Positions 17,201 to 25,940 of a DNA stretch of 64,000 bases are shown here, piece by piece. Within the stretch, counting starts at the first letter, position 1; the number at the start of each line of letters is the position of its first letter. This DNA comes from Candidatus Poribacteria bacterium (GTDB lineage Bacteria; Poribacteria; WGA-4E; WGA-3G). Below the pieces are notes generated by a model. That model did not search any database and was not told the origin of the DNA. It was given only the letters and a program-made list of their open reading frames with translations. The position numbers and the translations under genes are program-made. Location: the NCBI GenBank assembly GCA_965215265.1, contig OZ244048.1, forward strand, positions 1,472,001 to 1,536,000, written 5' to 3'.

Positions 17201-18490
17201 ATGCAAGTCAACATGAGATATGGGCATGGCACCTTAGCGGTTGAGCTTCCGGACAAAAATCTGGCAGGCGTTTTGGAAACGTCTCCCGGTGTGCCATTGG
17301 AAGATGTTGACGCGGTGCTGCGGCAGGCGATTGCGGAGCCTATTGGCTGCCGGCCGTTAGCCGAATTAGCTGCGGGGCGCAGTTCGGCGTGCATTGTGAT
17401 TTCGGATATCACGCGCCCTGTCCCAAATCGGGTGATTCTACCGCCGATATTAGAGGTACTTGAACAGGCAGGTATCCCGCGCGAGCAGCTGACTATCCTG
17501 ATTGCCACGGGTATCCACCGACCGAATGAGGGTGAAGAGCTTGAGCAGCTTGTGGGTAGGGCGATTATGGATAAATATCGCATTCTGAATCATTTCTCAC
17601 AAGCGCCGGAGACACATGCGTATTTAGGGAAAACGCGCAAGGGAACCTCGGTTTACATTGATAAGCGGTACATTGCTGCTGATTTAAAGATAACGACGGG
17701 CCTGATTGAGCCGCATTTGATGGCGGGTTACTCTGGTGGCCGTAAGGCGATTTGCCCGGGCCTGGCTTCCGTAGAAACGATGAAGGTGATGCATGGCCCG
17801 GTGTTGATGGAGCATCCGAATTCCAAGGTGGGTATGCTGGAAGGTAATCCGTTCCATGCAGAAGCGACTGAGATTGCGTTGATGGCAGGTGTAGATTTTA
17901 ATCTGAATGTCTCCCTTGACAAGGCGAGACAGATCACCGGTATTTTTGCGGGTGATATAGTTGAATCACACCGGGTCGGTGCGCGGTTTGTGGAAAATCA
18001 TGCGCGAGCAACGTTGACAGCACCAGTGGATGCAGTGGTGGTTTCCAGTGCGGGGTATCCATTAGATACGACGTTCTATCAAGCGATTAAAGGGCTTCTA
18101 ACGGCAGTTGAGATAGTGAAAGAGGGCGGTGCGATTTTGCTGGTTGCGGCGTGTAGCGAAGGCATCGGTAGCGGTCCGTTCACGGACCTGGTTTTCAAGA
18201 CGACGCATCTGGATGTGTTCGTGGAGGGGCTGTACAATCCGGCGAATTTTGTAATTGATGCGTGGCAGTTAGAAGAATTAGCCAAGGCCAGGCGGAAAGC
18301 CGACCTCTATTTTTATTCAGACGGTATTCCATATACGGACCAATCAAAGTTGTTTGTACATCCCGTGCGGAAGATTCAGGATGGGATTGCGGAGTTGTTG
18401 GAACGTTACGGCGAGTCGGCGCAGATAGCCGCGATTCCGGAAGGGCCGTATGTTCTTGCCCAAATCGATGTACAGGCGTGTGATCTTTGA
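17201..18490 (+). CDS. larA: LarA-family nickel-pincer racemase/epimerase
   Basis: SDITRPVP, IATGIHR, EPHLMAGYSGGRK, GYPLD..FYQAIKG; likely start MQVNMRYG. Confidence 0.88.
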   Translation: MQVNMRYGHGTLAVELPDKNLAGVLETSPGVPLEDVDAVLRQAIAEPIGCRPLAELAAGRSSACIVISDITRPVPNRVILPPILEVLEQAGIPREQLTILIATGIHRPNEGEELEQLVGRAIMDKYRILNHFSQAPETHAYLGKTRKGTSVYIDKRYIAADLKITTGLIEPHLMAGYSGGRKAICPGLASVETMKVMHGPVLMEHPNSKVGMLEGNPFHAEATEIALMAGVDFNLNVSLDKARQITGIFAGDIVESHRVGARFVENHARATLTAPVDAVVVSSAGYPLDTTFYQAIKGLLTAVEIVKEGGAILLVAACSEGIGSGPFTDLVFKTTHLDVFVEGLYNPANFVIDAWQLEELAKARRKADLYFYSDGIPYTDQSKLFVHPVRKIQDGIAELLERYGESAQIAAIPEGPYVLAQIDVQACDL

Positions 18491-18497
18491 AACATCA

Positions 18498-18752
18498 TGA
18501 ATGATTCAAAACATAAACGGCTCCGATCTATAGATGGCATGTATAAGGTTATCCCAATCGGTTGGCAAGTTCGGTATTCTTGTCTCTCCTTGCCGGAGTG
18601 AAAAAGAATACCTATCCTGCCACTGCAATGTTAATAACTTTACAACACGAGCCATCAAAAGCATAAGCGGTGATGGTACGGAGATATACGAAAACACGAT
18701 ACACAGTGATTGACACAACATCAGGCATTGTGGGGCTCCAGTATACAAAAAA
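18498..18752. repeat. Composite repeat cluster: family A leader, family B hairpin, two family A units
   Basis: 18498-18526 is identical to 23599-23627; 18700-18752 is identical to 23635-23687; 18535-18625 matches family B; 18645-18694 resembles 21172-21220. Confidence 0.9.
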
Positions 18753-18779
18753 GCGAATCATAATATCAGAGAGGGAAAA

Positions 18780-19439
18780 ATGGCAAATCTAACTGTGGAT
18801 CTGAGGGCGTATAAAGACGGTTTACGTCTGATTGTTACGCCGAACCTATCAATGGATGAGATTTCAGCAGCCATTGCGGATGAATTAGCGCGGATGAATC
18901 AACCGTTAGCTGGTGTTTCGGTGCAGATAGACATAAACCCTCTGATCTTAAAGAAAGAAGTTTTGAATGACTTGAGAGTGGAGATAGAAGCGAGGCATGA
19001 CTTGCAGGTTCGCGGAGTGGACCTTCCGAAGAGGGCGTTAGGCGGGGATGGGTTTTCTACAACTATGCGGCAAGAGTCCGATTACCGGGCACGTAGGAGT
19101 ATGGAAAAGTCAAGGATTGTGCGTGAGACGATTCGATCCGGTCAAACCGAGACGTTTGCAGAAGGGAATCTCATTATATATGGTGATGTAAACCCTGGTG
19201 GAGAAGTGAGTGCAGGTGGAGATATAATTGTGTTGGGTGCACTGCGCGGTAGCGCGCATGCGGGCATGAACGGGAGATTATCTTCAGTTATTATCGCTAT
19301 GGATTTAGTGCCTTTGCAGCTTCAGATCGGCAATTATATTACCCGGCCCATGGTTGGCCAAAAGTCGCAAGGATATCCGGAGATTGCGCGTGTCGGTCCC
19401 CAGGATGTCATTACCGTTGAAGAATTTGTGAAAGTTTAA
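18780..19439 (+). CDS. minC: Septum site-determining protein MinC
   Basis: TIRSGQ, GDVNPGGEVSAGGDIIVLGALRGSAHAG. Confidence 0.93.
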   Translation: MANLTVDLRAYKDGLRLIVTPNLSMDEISAAIADELARMNQPLAGVSVQIDINPLILKKEVLNDLRVEIEARHDLQVRGVDLPKRALGGDGFSTTMRQESDYRARRSMEKSRIVRETIRSGQTETFAEGNLIIYGDVNPGGEVSAGGDIIVLGALRGSAHAGMNGRLSSVIIAMDLVPLQLQIGNYITRPMVGQKSQGYPEIARVGPQDVITVEEFVKV

Positions 19440-19453
19440 AGGGAGAATCGGCT

Positions 19454-20248
19454 ATGGGAAAGGTTATTGTAGTGACATCAGGAAAGGGGGGAGTGGGTAA
19501 AACGACTACAACTGCCAATTTAGGCACGGCCCTCACGCTCCTCGGAAAAACAGTGGCAATCGTTGACGCAGATGTCGGCCTGCGCAATCTGGATGTTGTT
19601 ATGGGGCTTGAGAGCCGTGTAATTTACACGTCAATGGATGTAATTGAAGGGCAGTGTGAATTGGATAGGGCTCTCGTAAAAGACAAACGGGTTGATGGTT
19701 TAGTGCTTCTCGCTGCATCACAGAAAAATAACAAGGACGACATTCAACCTGAACAGATGAAAACGATTTGTAACCATCTCGGTGAAAGATACGATTTTGT
19801 ATTGGTAGATTCACCAGCGGGGATTGAAAATGGGTTCCGAAATGCCGCTGCTGGGGCACAAGAGGGGCTGATTATCACAACACCGGATGTTTCGGCTATT
19901 CGTGATGCAGATCGTATTACGGGCTTGTTGCAACATATGGGCATTGAACCGCTAAACCTGATTCTTAACCGCGTATCGCCGGAGCTGGTTAGAAAAGGCA
20001 ACATGATGAGTCAGGCAGATGTTTTGAGTGTGTTAAACCTCAACCTCATCGGTGTGGTACCAGAAGACCGGGGCGTGATTGCTTCTACGAACCGTGGCAT
20101 CCCTTTGGTGCATAATAAAAGTTCTCAAGGCGCGCAAGCTTACATGCGGATTGCGCGACGTTTAATTGGACACCGCATCCCCATTCCTGAATTCCGTGAG
20201 AGAGGATTACTCTCAGGACTTCTTGATTTTTTTTCATTTGGAAGATAG
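19454..20248 (+). CDS. minD: Septum site-determining ATPase MinD
   Basis: TSGKGGVGKTTT, DVGLRNLD, DSPAGIE, RDADR and C-terminal amphipathic helix. Confidence 0.97.
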   Translation: MGKVIVVTSGKGGVGKTTTTANLGTALTLLGKTVAIVDADVGLRNLDVVMGLESRVIYTSMDVIEGQCELDRALVKDKRVDGLVLLAASQKNNKDDIQPEQMKTICNHLGERYDFVLVDSPAGIENGFRNAAAGAQEGLIITTPDVSAIRDADRITGLLQHMGIEPLNLILNRVSPELVRKGNMMSQADVLSVLNLNLIGVVPEDRGVIASTNRGIPLVHNKSSQGAQAYMRIARRLIGHRIPIPEFRERGLLSGLLDFFSFGR

Positions 20249-20257
20249 GAAGTGACG

Positions 20258-20539
20258 ATGCGTAGCCTTATGGATATACTACGTAGCTTGAGTCAACTGT
20301 TTAGGCAGCAACAGCCGTCAAGTAAGATAGCGAAGGAACGGCTGAAACTGGTTATTTCACAAGATAGATTCGACATTGGCCAGGAGTCAATGCAGGAATT
20401 ACAAAAAGAGCTAATGGCCGTTTTGGCGAAACACTTTGATTTCACTACAGATTCCGTTCAGATATCCCTGAATCGGCGCGGCAATTCGTACGTGTTGATA
20501 GCAGATTTTCCGCATTCAAATAGGAAACAGCCGGATTAA
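20258..20539 (+). CDS. minE: MinE paralogue 1
   Basis: SSKIAKERLKLVISQDR motif; directly after minD; exact start uncertain. Confidence 0.88.
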   Translation: MRSLMDILRSLSQLFRQQQPSSKIAKERLKLVISQDRFDIGQESMQELQKELMAVLAKHFDFTTDSVQISLNRRGNSYVLIADFPHSNRKQPD

Positions 20540-20636
20540 AGTTTTTCAAGTTCTGCTTTCGATTTCATCTATAGCCGGCTTAAACGATGTTGAGACTCGT
20601 AACATAAAAAATATTCAAATTGGATAGGAGGGCCTT

Positions 20637-20885
20637 ATGAAATTTATGCAATTCTTTGCAAGGCGAACCAAATCAAACGAAATTGCACGTCAGCGGTTGA
20701 AATTGGTTATTACACAAGACAGATTCCTCGCTGACGACCGGGATATGAAAAAGCTTCACCATGAATTAACAGAGGTGCTTGCAAAGTACTTCGAATTCAC
20801 GATGAACTCGGTTCAGATGTCCTTAAAACAGGAAGGGAATTCCTATGTATTAATAGCGGATTTTCCTTATGAAGGGCTACGTTAA
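20637..20885 (+). CDS. minE: MinE paralogue 2
   Basis: SNEIARQRLKLVITQDR; shares GNSYVLIADFP with paralogue 1; own AGGAGG SD. Confidence 0.88.
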   Translation: MKFMQFFARRTKSNEIARQRLKLVITQDRFLADDRDMKKLHHELTEVLAKYFEFTMNSVQMSLKQEGNSYVLIADFPYEGLR

Positions 20886-20938
20886 GGCTTCGTGTAGATT
20901 TTTTTTGTGTTTGAGAAATATCTTTGTGACCGGGGCAA

Positions 20939-21005
20939 CCCAGTGGGTGGCAGGTAAAAGGTTATCTTGTCTCATGGACAGACAAAGATACCTATCCTGC
21001 CACTG
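20939..21005 (+). repeat. Family B imperfect palindrome (REP/MITE-like)
   Basis: GTGGCAGG-TAAA-AGGT-TATCTTGTCT...AGACAAAGAT-ACCT-AT-CCTGCCAC; related copies at 18535, 23558 and 29654. Confidence 0.88.
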
Positions 21006-21130
21006 TCGCAATAAAGTGGCGTTCCAGGGACTAAAAAACGTGTGATGGCGGATAGCGAGTTCGTCGGGAGAAAACTGTTCGGCATCAGGGTGGGGATCCT
21101 GCGGAGATTGAGGAGCTTGCACGAAAAGTG

Positions 21131-21222
21131 ATTGAAGAATCATAACCTAGAATGGCTCCGACGAGATTTATACACGAGCTGTCAATACCTAAGCGTTGAT
21201 CGTACGGAGATATACGAAAAAA
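21131..21222 (+). repeat. Family A repeat (leader plus one ~60-nt unit)
   Basis: GGCTCCGACGAGATTTATACACG...GGAGATATACGAAAAAA. Confidence 0.85.
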
Positions 21223-21224
21223 GT

Positions 21225-22022
21225 TCAGAGGATTCGCTTCCAAATTGCGTGCGCGACTCCGTCTTCATCATTGGTTGCGGTGATGTAATCGGCGCAATCT
21301 TTAATCGGCCTGACAGCGTTCTCCATGGCGATGGCATATCCTGCGGTTTTGAGGAGGCTCTCGTCGTTGTAGCTATCACCGAAAGCGATGACGTTCTGGA
21401 TATTGATATTGAATTGGCTTGCAAGTGCACGTAGGGCCCTGCCTTTTGTAACACTCGGATTCATGAATTCGATATATTCGGGTTGCGTCTGTGTGACGTA
21501 GAGTTTGTTTACATAATTCGTTTTGAAACTGTTTAGAAGTTTTTGAATGTTCGGTTGGTGTATAATTAGCAATTTTGTAGGGGTTTCGCCGGCCAACTGA
21601 CGCAGATCGCCAATGGGTGTTGCGGGGACACCTGTCCGATGTTCATAGAGTTCCGTCCATGCGTTGTGTTCTGCGACGTAAAGTTCGTCGTTTAAGCAGA
21701 AGTTGAGATGCAGGTTCTGCATGATGCAATCGTTAACAATTTGCATGGCATAGTCTGCAGGTACTGGGGTGTGATGGTAAACCTGTCCAGTTATAGCGTG
21801 CTTAACCATTCCGCCGTTATAGGAAATAATTGGATTTTGTAGTCCAATCTGTGTGCTAATGGGCAGTATAGAACGGTGCATTCTTCCGGAGATGAGGACG
21901 ACGAGTATGTCGTTTTCGACGAGTGCCTGAAGTGCTTTCTGGTTTTCAGGTGATACTGTATGTTCGCTGTTCAATAGGGTGCCGTCTAAGTCAAAGGCGG
22001 CTAATTCACAAGGTATTTTCAT
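21225..22022 (-). CDS. Cof-type HAD-IIB hydrolase
   Basis: DLDGTLL, ISGR, TKG and GDSYND motifs. Confidence 0.92.
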   Translation of the reverse strand: MKIPCELAAFDLDGTLLNSEHTVSPENQKALQALVENDILVVLISGRMHRSILPISTQIGLQNPIISYNGGMVKHAITGQVYHHTPVPADYAMQIVNDCIMQNLHLNFCLNDELYVAEHNAWTELYEHRTGVPATPIGDLRQLAGETPTKLLIIHQPNIQKLLNSFKTNYVNKLYVTQTQPEYIEFMNPSVTKGRALRALASQFNINIQNVIAFGDSYNDESLLKTAGYAIAMENAVRPIKDCADYITATNDEDGVAHAIWKRIL

Positions 22023-22068
22023 ATTTTTCTCAATTTTTCGTATATTTCAGCAGGTCAACGTCTGATGT

Positions 22069-22248
22069 TTTTTCGTATATCTCAGTACCGTCACCGCTTA
22101 TGTATTAACGGGCGTGTGTAAATCTCGTTTTTTCGTATATCTCAGTACCATCACCGCTTATGTATTAACGGGCGTGTGTAAATCTCGTTTTTTCGTATAT
22201 CTCAGTACCATCACCGCTTATGTATTAACGGGCGTGTGTAAATCTCGT
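22069..22248 (-). repeat. Three tandem copies of a 60-nt family A unit
   Basis: 60-nt periodicity with only one substitution among copies; continues into the GGCTCCG leader at 22249-22255. Confidence 0.97.
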
Positions 22249-22284
22249 CGGAGCCGTTCGCGGTTTAGATTCAATACATCGAAG

Positions 22285-22416
22285 GGCTCTGACGAGATTT
22301 GTACAGGTTTTTACATAACAAACGCCTTTATTGGGCTCCTGTAGACGAAAAAAGCGAGATTTGGAAAAGGGGTAACATTACAATTGCCTTTGTTGTGCTA
22401 CAGTAGACGAAAACTC
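22285..22416 (+). repeat. Two diverged ~62-nt family A units, back-to-back with the 60-nt array
   Basis: GGCTCTGA-[CGAGATTT...GTAGACGAAAAAAG]-[CGAGATTT...GTAGACGAAAA]. Confidence 0.8.
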
Positions 22417-22423
22417 GCAACTT

Positions 22424-23545
22424 TTATTTTGCGAGTGCTTGTTCGGTTTGCGGATGGAACAGATGGATATGCTCATCATCAAAATCTAGCCAGAGGGTTT
22501 GCTCCACAGCAGCTGCAAAAGAGGGATGCGTTCTGACGCGTAGGAGGATAGGTTCGGCAGTTTGGCTGTGCGTTCCGAGGCGGATATCCAAGATGTTTGC
22601 GGAACCGAGGGGTTCCACGAGATGCACTTCTGCGGGAATCTTTCGATTGCCTGGTTCTCGCGTTGCTTGAATATGCTCTGGTCGGATACCGAAGACGAGG
22701 TTGTTGCTAACCTGAGCTGCGTTCAGCCGTGCTTGTTGTTTGTGTGAAAGCGTGAGGTGTACATCGGTATGACTTAGGCGTAACACAGCATCGCCGTTGA
22801 GCGAGGTGCGTTCTGCATCGAGTAGGTTCATGGTGGGCATCCCCATGAAACCGGCGACGAAGAGGTTTTTGGGTTGATTATAGATCTGGTGTGGTGTGCC
22901 GATTTGTTGTAGCATACCTTGGTGGATGACTGCGATTCTGTCGGCGAGTGACATAGCTTCAACCTGGTCGTGGGTAACGAAGAGGGTTGTTGCGCCGATT
23001 TCGCGTTGTAGCCGTTTTATTTCGGCGCGTGTATCGACCCTGCGTTTGGCATCAAGATTTGCCATAGGTTCATCGAGGAGATAGACTTTCGGTTGTCGTA
23101 CCATGGCACGGCCGAGTGCGACGCGCTGCATCTCGCCGCCACTCAACATATTCGGCTTCCGATTTAGCATTTCACCGATCTGGAGTGTTGCTGCAACTCG
23201 CTTCACGCGTTCGTCTATTTCTGATTTTTCGACTTTTACGGCTTTGAGCGGAAACGCAATGTTATCGTAGACGGTGAGATGTGGGTAGAGGGCGTAAAAC
23301 TGGAAGACGAACGCGATATCCCTGTCTGCAGGTGAGAGCTCGTTGACGCGCTGCCCATCAATGAGAATATCCCCTTCTTCTGGGTGTTCCAATCCTGCGA
23401 TTAAGCGGAGCGTGGTTGTTTTCCCGCAGCCCGAGGGACCTAGGAATACTACAAATTCCGTATCTTCAATTTCCAGATTAAAATTTTTGACAGCAACGAA
23501 ATCGCCGAAGCGTTTCGTCACGTTTTCAATCTTGATGTTTGCCAT
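22424..23545 (-). CDS. MalK-type sugar ABC transporter ATPase (no permease adjacent)
   Basis: GPSGCGKTT, LSGGEMQR, LLDEP, VTHDQ, TOBE tail. Confidence 0.93.
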   Translation of the reverse strand: MANIKIENVTKRFGDFVAVKNFNLEIEDTEFVVFLGPSGCGKTTTLRLIAGLEHPEEGDILIDGQRVNELSPADRDIAFVFQFYALYPHLTVYDNIAFPLKAVKVEKSEIDERVKRVAATLQIGEMLNRKPNMLSGGEMQRVALGRAMVRQPKVYLLDEPMANLDAKRRVDTRAEIKRLQREIGATTLFVTHDQVEAMSLADRIAVIHQGMLQQIGTPHQIYNQPKNLFVAGFMGMPTMNLLDAERTSLNGDAVLRLSHTDVHLTLSHKQQARLNAAQVSNNLVFGIRPEHIQATREPGNRKIPAEVHLVEPLGSANILDIRLGTHSQTAEPILLRVRTHPSFAAAVEQTLWLDFDDEHIHLFHPQTEQALAK

Positions 23546-23557
23546 TTTGACTTGACT

Positions 23558-23687
23558 CCAGTGAGTGGTAGGTAAAAGGTAATCTTGTCTGTCCTAATTG
23601 AATGATTCAAAACATAAACGGCTCCGACGAGATGTACACAGTGATTGACACAACATCAGGCATTGTGGGGCTCCAGTATACAAAAAA
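23558..23687 (+). repeat. Half family B element followed by family A leader and unit
   Basis: CCAGTGAGTGGTAGGTAAAAGGTAATCTTGTCT, then TGAATGATTCAAAACATAAACGGCTCCGACGAGAT...GTATACAAAAAA. Confidence 0.9.
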
Positions 23688-23960
23688 CGGTGTTTTCCAG
23701 TTCCTTATCCGCGTCTGCGTGTCCGCACATGAACCGTTCTGTGATATTCGGCAGGGTGACCCCGGTTAATGTCGAGTCCCCAGGAACGGATGCGTTTTTT
23801 GATTTTCAGCAATTCGTCTAGTTCAGGGTACCCCTGCTCCTTTACCCCTGGAAAAGCGGATCCGTTTCCAAAATCTATGCAGTCTGCCCCGAGTTGCGTG
23901 ACTTGTCTCAGATAGGTATCTGTAAGTCCTCCATCCCACACTGAAATTGGAAAAGCAATT
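23688..23960 (-). pseudogene. 5' fragment of a mannonate dehydratase (UxuA-like) gene, frameshifted and truncated
   Basis: YLRQVTQLGAD...ELDELLKIKKRIRSWGLDINR; removing one G near 23762 continues as VTLPNITERFMCGHADADKELENT, which stops at the repeat boundary. Confidence 0.6.
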
Positions 23961-23973
23961 CCTCCTCTAGATA

Positions 23974-24981
23974 CTATAATGGCAATTTTACAGTGTTGCC
24001 TGTTTGAACAGATTGATATGCTGCCAGAGCGATTTCGACAGCAGCACGGCCATCAGTACCTACAATAGGCGGTGATGTATTGTTCCGAATTGCGTTTACG
24101 AAGACACGAATTTCTTCTTGTACGGGTGGCGGGACTTCGATATCGGCAATTTTGATCTGTCGTGCTTCGCCGTCAAACGGTTTAATCTGAATGGTTGCGT
24201 GCTGGCCCCAAATCTGTGGAAAATAGATGGAGCCGCCTTCACAATCAACCCGGCCGCCATATCCGCCAACGGCGGAGACGTGGCTGGAGTGGAGCAAACC
24301 GACGGCCCCGTTCTTGAATTTTAATGAGGCGAGGACAACATCCGGATAGTCACTCTCGTTTTGGATGTACTGTCCGCCGGTTGCCGAGACGTACTCGACA
24401 TCGCCGCAAGTCCAGCGCATAAAATCAATTTCATGGGCGTTTATTTCCATGAGGCTCCCGCCGGATTTTGCGCGTTCCAATCGCCATGGGGTATGATATC
24501 CGCCGCTTCTCCACGGTCCGCCAATTCGATGTACCATCATGCAGACAGGTGTACCGAGTTCGCCGCTGTGTACAATCTGATGTACTGATGCATGCGTGGC
24601 GTGGTATCGACAGACGAGGCCGATAGTGAGTTTAACGCTGTTTTGGGCCGCGGCGGCTATCATAGCATCGCAATCGTCTAGTGTGGGTGCCATCGGTTTT
24701 TCTGAAAAGACGTGCTTTCCGGCGTTCGCTGCGTCAACAGCCATCGGACTGTGGAGAAACGGTGGTGATGCAATAAAGACTGCGTGAATGCTGTCATCGG
24801 CGAGCAGTTGGTGGTAGTCGGTGGTGTAGGCTGCATCAAGCTCGTCCGCAAGTTTTTTGGCGAGTTCTGCCTGTAAATCGCTAACACAGATTACCTCTAT
24901 GCCTTCGACTGCTTGTGCGCTGGTAGCAAGACTTCTGCCCATGCCTCCACAACCTATAACCCCAATTCCAATAGTATCCAT
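23974..24981 (-). CDS. Gfo/Idh/MocA oxidoreductase
   Basis: IGVIGCGGMG, HVFSEKPM, GGSLMEINAHEID. Confidence 0.92.
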   Translation of the reverse strand: MDTIGIGVIGCGGMGRSLATSAQAVEGIEVICVSDLQAELAKKLADELDAAYTTDYHQLLADDSIHAVFIASPPFLHSPMAVDAANAGKHVFSEKPMAPTLDDCDAMIAAAAQNSVKLTIGLVCRYHATHASVHQIVHSGELGTPVCMMVHRIGGPWRSGGYHTPWRLERAKSGGSLMEINAHEIDFMRWTCGDVEYVSATGGQYIQNESDYPDVVLASLKFKNGAVGLLHSSHVSAVGGYGGRVDCEGGSIYFPQIWGQHATIQIKPFDGEARQIKIADIEVPPPVQEEIRVFVNAIRNNTSPPIVGTDGRAAVEIALAAYQSVQTGNTVKLPL

Positions 24982-25009
24982 AATTTTCTCCAAAGTACTG
25001 TGTGCGATG

Positions 25010-25864
25010 CTATCTTCGCTTTGCTTTGATGTGTGCCCATGTGAGGCTCAAGAGGTTTGCCTGAGGTCGGACATCAAGTCCAGTAGCTCTCATATTATTC
25101 TGAACTTCAGCTGCGCTCAGGGCGCGTTCATAGATTCGGAATTCGTCAATATAACCTTGGACGGTATCGCAATCACAGCCGTCAGAGCGGTCTCCGATGC
25201 TGAGAAGGAGTCCCCCTTTAGGGATTTTACCGCCTTTCATGGCGTATTTTTTCTCTAGTTTTCCGTTGACGTAGTAATGGACGGTGTCCCCGTCGTAAGT
25301 TCCGGCGAGGTGTAGCCACTGCTCAAGGGGTATATCTTCGAGGACGTTATCTTGTGCGGCTTGTGTTGATTTTCCGCCGGCGCGGATGAAAAAGCCGTGT
25401 TGGTTGTCGTCATCGTCGTAATAGAGGCTAGCAACTGCGCTGTTTGTAGGCATATCGTCAAGTGAGATAATTCGGTTCCAGCTGTCGTCTAATGCATTGA
25501 TGTAGACCCAGCATTCGAGGGTAATCTCCTCCCAATCTCGGTCTATTTTGGGTGGGTCAGCGTCCTCGACGAGTAGGTAGTCGACACTCCCATCAAATAG
25601 GATACATTCGCCGAGCTTGCAATCGTCGGCGGATGCGAGTTCGGGATCTCCTTTGACAGTGGCACTCAAGCCGGCGACTATATCTTCTGCCTGCTTCTTG
25701 ATTTGCACTGTCTCTTTATCAAATGACCAGTATGCAACCAATCCGTTTTCAACAGCTCCAACAATCGCGTAGATAGGTGTAGCGTTGGCGAAGAGGAAGC
25801 AGAAAAGGGTGATTGTGAAGTTCTTTCTCCAGGAGTTCTCTTTTAGGAGCATGATGTCCTCCAT
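25010..25864 (-). CDS. Secreted LamG/concanavalin-like protein with Poribacteria-type C-terminal motif
   Basis: Signal peptide, LVAYWSFD, WLHLAGTYDG, GYIDEFRIYERALS and VRPQANLLSLTWAHIK. Confidence 0.85.
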   Translation of the reverse strand: MEDIMLLKENSWRKNFTITLFCFLFANATPIYAIVGAVENGLVAYWSFDKETVQIKKQAEDIVAGLSATVKGDPELASADDCKLGECILFDGSVDYLLVEDADPPKIDRDWEEITLECWVYINALDDSWNRIISLDDMPTNSAVASLYYDDDDNQHGFFIRAGGKSTQAAQDNVLEDIPLEQWLHLAGTYDGDTVHYYVNGKLEKKYAMKGGKIPKGGLLLSIGDRSDGCDCDTVQGYIDEFRIYERALSAAEVQNNMRATGLDVRPQANLLSLTWAHIKAKRR

Positions 25865-25940
25865 GTGTCTATATGCTAAAACGTTGTAAGGTCTCGGTAT
25901 TAGGTTGCCACAAACAATATGGTTGCTTCCCTATTTCGGA

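Noticed and set aside
20939-21005. Family B hairpins as integron attC sites
   Set aside because: No RYYYAAC/GTTRRRY ends, no integrase and no cassette-like organisation.
22069-22248. 60-nt periodic array as a CRISPR array
   Set aside because: Units are essentially identical along their full length with no unique spacers, and belong to a dispersed repeat family far from the cas genes.
22114-22344. 76-aa ORF with repeated peptide
   Set aside because: Translation artefact of the 60-nt tandem repeat.
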